Shown here piece after piece: positions 62,061 to 64,000 of a stretch of DNA of 64,000 bases. The stretch is taken from NCBI GenBank assembly GCA_009103225.1, contig RHPI01001132.1, positions 310,001-374,000 of the forward strand, read 5' to 3'. The translations under genes were made by a program, and so were the position numbers. Position 1 is the first letter of the stretch. Every line of letters starts with the position of its first letter. The stretch is from Chlorokybus atmophyticus. Lineage: Eukaryota; Plantae; Mesostigma and Chlorokybus algae. A model generated the notes under the pieces. It did no database searches and had not been told where the DNA came from. It saw only the letters and a program-made list of their open reading frames with translations.

Positions 62061-62835
62061 AGCTAGGTCCCCTGGCACATGCTCAACACATGTGTATGCG
62101 CGGGAGCAAAGGGAACGCGCGGAGCAGCGAAGGCGATGACGTCACCCCTCAGACAGTTGTTGTTAGTGTGATGGCTTCCAGCGGCGACGCGGAAGACGGA
62201 GAGGGCAATGCAAATGTCGAGTCTGCAGCGCTGAAGAAGCTGGTGCGCGTGGATGCGCAGTGGCAAAGTCGGTGCAGGGGTGTGTACCTGAAGTGCTGAG
62301 GAGCTGATGCGCGCGGATGCGCACGGTATTAAGTATGCCATTGCAGGTGTGCGCCTGCAGCGAGGGCAGAGCTGCGCGTGTGGATGCGGCAGCGAGGAGG
62401 CTTGCGCAGGTGTTTGTGCCTGCGGCGTTGAAGAGCTGGTGGGCGTGGTTGCGCATGTCGGCGTGGTTGCTCACGTCAGCGAGGCCGGTACAAGTGTGTG
62501 TGCTTGTTATGGCTTGAAGGGTGCGCGCAGATGCGTATGGTCAGCGTCGAGGCCGAGGAGCTTGTGCGTGTGTGTGCACAGCAACGGAAAGGATGGTGCA
62601 AGTGAAGTCTGCAGCGTCGTGGGGCTGTTATGCGTGTGTATGCGCACGACTAGCAAAAAGGTCACCGATATAAGGAGAGGGGGTGCTACCTCCTCCCTTA
62701 GTCCCCTACCCCAACACCGCCGCCGTCAGGGCTGCTGTCGGAACAAAAGATCCTTTGACTATGGCGGCGGCTGTGTTAGCAGTGCCGCCATACGGCTGAT
62801 ATCCACATAACACTCATGTCTCATGTCGATATTAG

Positions 62836-63850
62836 TGTTACAGATAAATAACACGATATTATGGCCTTAACATTAGGTTAACAGCCCTAATACGACTTAA
62901 TTGGTTGTATTTACCCGTTGGGCCCCTTATTTAATTATAAATAAGAGCGGGGAACCTCTATAGAGGTAGCACTCCATTACATTACCCCCCATTTAGGTTT
63001 TAGTGTCCCCATTGAAGGGCCAGCAAATCCCCATTACGAGCACTGAAGACCCAAGCAGTGAGAGAATCATGGCCGAAGCGGTAAAGATGTCTGCTTGCAC
63101 CCTTTCACCGTCCGCGTGTGGACATAGCACTTCAGTACCCCCACAAAATTTCTTGGCAATTGGTAAGATTCCTTTCGGGCTCCCATGTCTTGTGCTCAAC
63201 ATCATACCCTTTCCATTTCACCAAGTAAGACGGCGCCCGTTTGTGTCGTGGCTTACGGTAACTTGGAATTGCTTCCACCTCATACTTAAAAACATCGTCG
63301 CCATCCACTGCAACAGGGGGTGGAGGAGGTTGAACCCGACCGTCAGAACGGTACGATTTCAATACACCCACATCAAACACATTGTGAATGCATATCGGCT
63401 TTAGCAAGTCTAAGCGATAAGCGTGAGTGCCGACCCGATCAGTAACTCTATAAGGGCCTATCCAGCGAGGGAAAAACTTGCAGGTTCCCACTCCCTTGAT
63501 GGATATGTTTTTTCATTTTTTGAGCACCGAACAGCCCGCATCGTGGTTGGCCTCTCTACGATCATCAGCTTGGGCTCATCAGCTTGGGCTTTTTGTCTGA
63601 TCTACACTGCGAGCAGACAATCCTTTGCTAACGCTAACCTATCCTGCATGGCCGAAGCCATCTCGTGCGCTGCTTTTGTTCAGCTGTCAGCTGAGCAGTG
63701 TGCATGCCGTCTGCTGTGTGTCCCGTTCTTCTGGCCTGACTTCAGCTGAAACATCTTAGTTGCATTGTTGAAAGTGGGCATGGTGGCTACGCAGTGCGTT
63801 TGTTTATTGTAACCGTGTGCTTTTGGCATCATGTCACTGTTAGCGAGTGC
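62836..63850 (-). mobile_element. 3' fragment of a chromovirus-type Ty3/Gypsy LTR retrotransposon: integrase C-terminus plus chromodomain, polypurine tract, start of 3' LTR at 62981
   Basis: ORF 63132-63491 encodes KFFPRWIGPYRV...AYRLDL...IHNVFDVGVLKSY...YEVEAI...YLVKWKGYDVEHKTWEPERNL. On the minus strand AAATGGGGGGTAA is followed by TGTAATGG (LTR start). The LTR end is tentatively ...TAACA at 62836. Confidence 0.85.
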
Positions 63851-64000
63851 GTACCGTACAACAACATTGACTTGTTGGAGTTTATTTAAACAAAATAATA
63901 TTGCCCAGCTTGCATGTGCCTAGTTCACATTGCTTATCACTTGGTGCTAGCGGCAGGACTTGTTTTTTTTCTTTAAACCGCAAACATGTTTATTATTATA

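Noticed and set aside
1-64000. CRISPR arrays, rRNA, operons or prokaryotic defence systems
   Set aside because: No regularly spaced repeat-spacer array or rRNA-like sequence was seen, and the genes carry spliceosomal introns.

Overview
Eukaryotic, intron-rich nuclear DNA of roughly balanced GC content, most consistent with an early-diverging streptophyte (charophyte-grade) green alga. This is an inference from plant-type genes (SECA2, an At3g05625-like TPR protein, a PRL1-interacting-factor-like gene) occurring together with PSTK and a candidate U12 intron. I assembled 14 spliced genes by hand: TPR protein, PRLI-factor-like, GFA/CENP-V domain, LEA-like, TAF4, F-box/LRR, bacterial-type HIT, SECA2, DENR/TMA22, SERF, MAEA, nicalin, an EGF-repeat membrane protein of about 997 aa, and PSTK. 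The window also holds a frameshifted 4-helix-bundle/U-box pseudogene, a tRNA-Thr(AGT), a decayed Penelope-like retroelement with an N-terminal GIY-YIG domain, a decayed L1-type LINE, the 3' end of a chromovirus-type Gypsy element, a small dispersed repeat family and four assembly gaps. The most notable items are the permuted Penelope element, the EGF/beta-sandwich repeat surface protein, the selenocysteine-pathway kinase, a minor-spliceosome intron candidate, four GC-AG introns, a bacterial-looking HIT gene, and two long palindromes built on plant cis-elements. Family assignments come from recalled motifs; no database searches were run.
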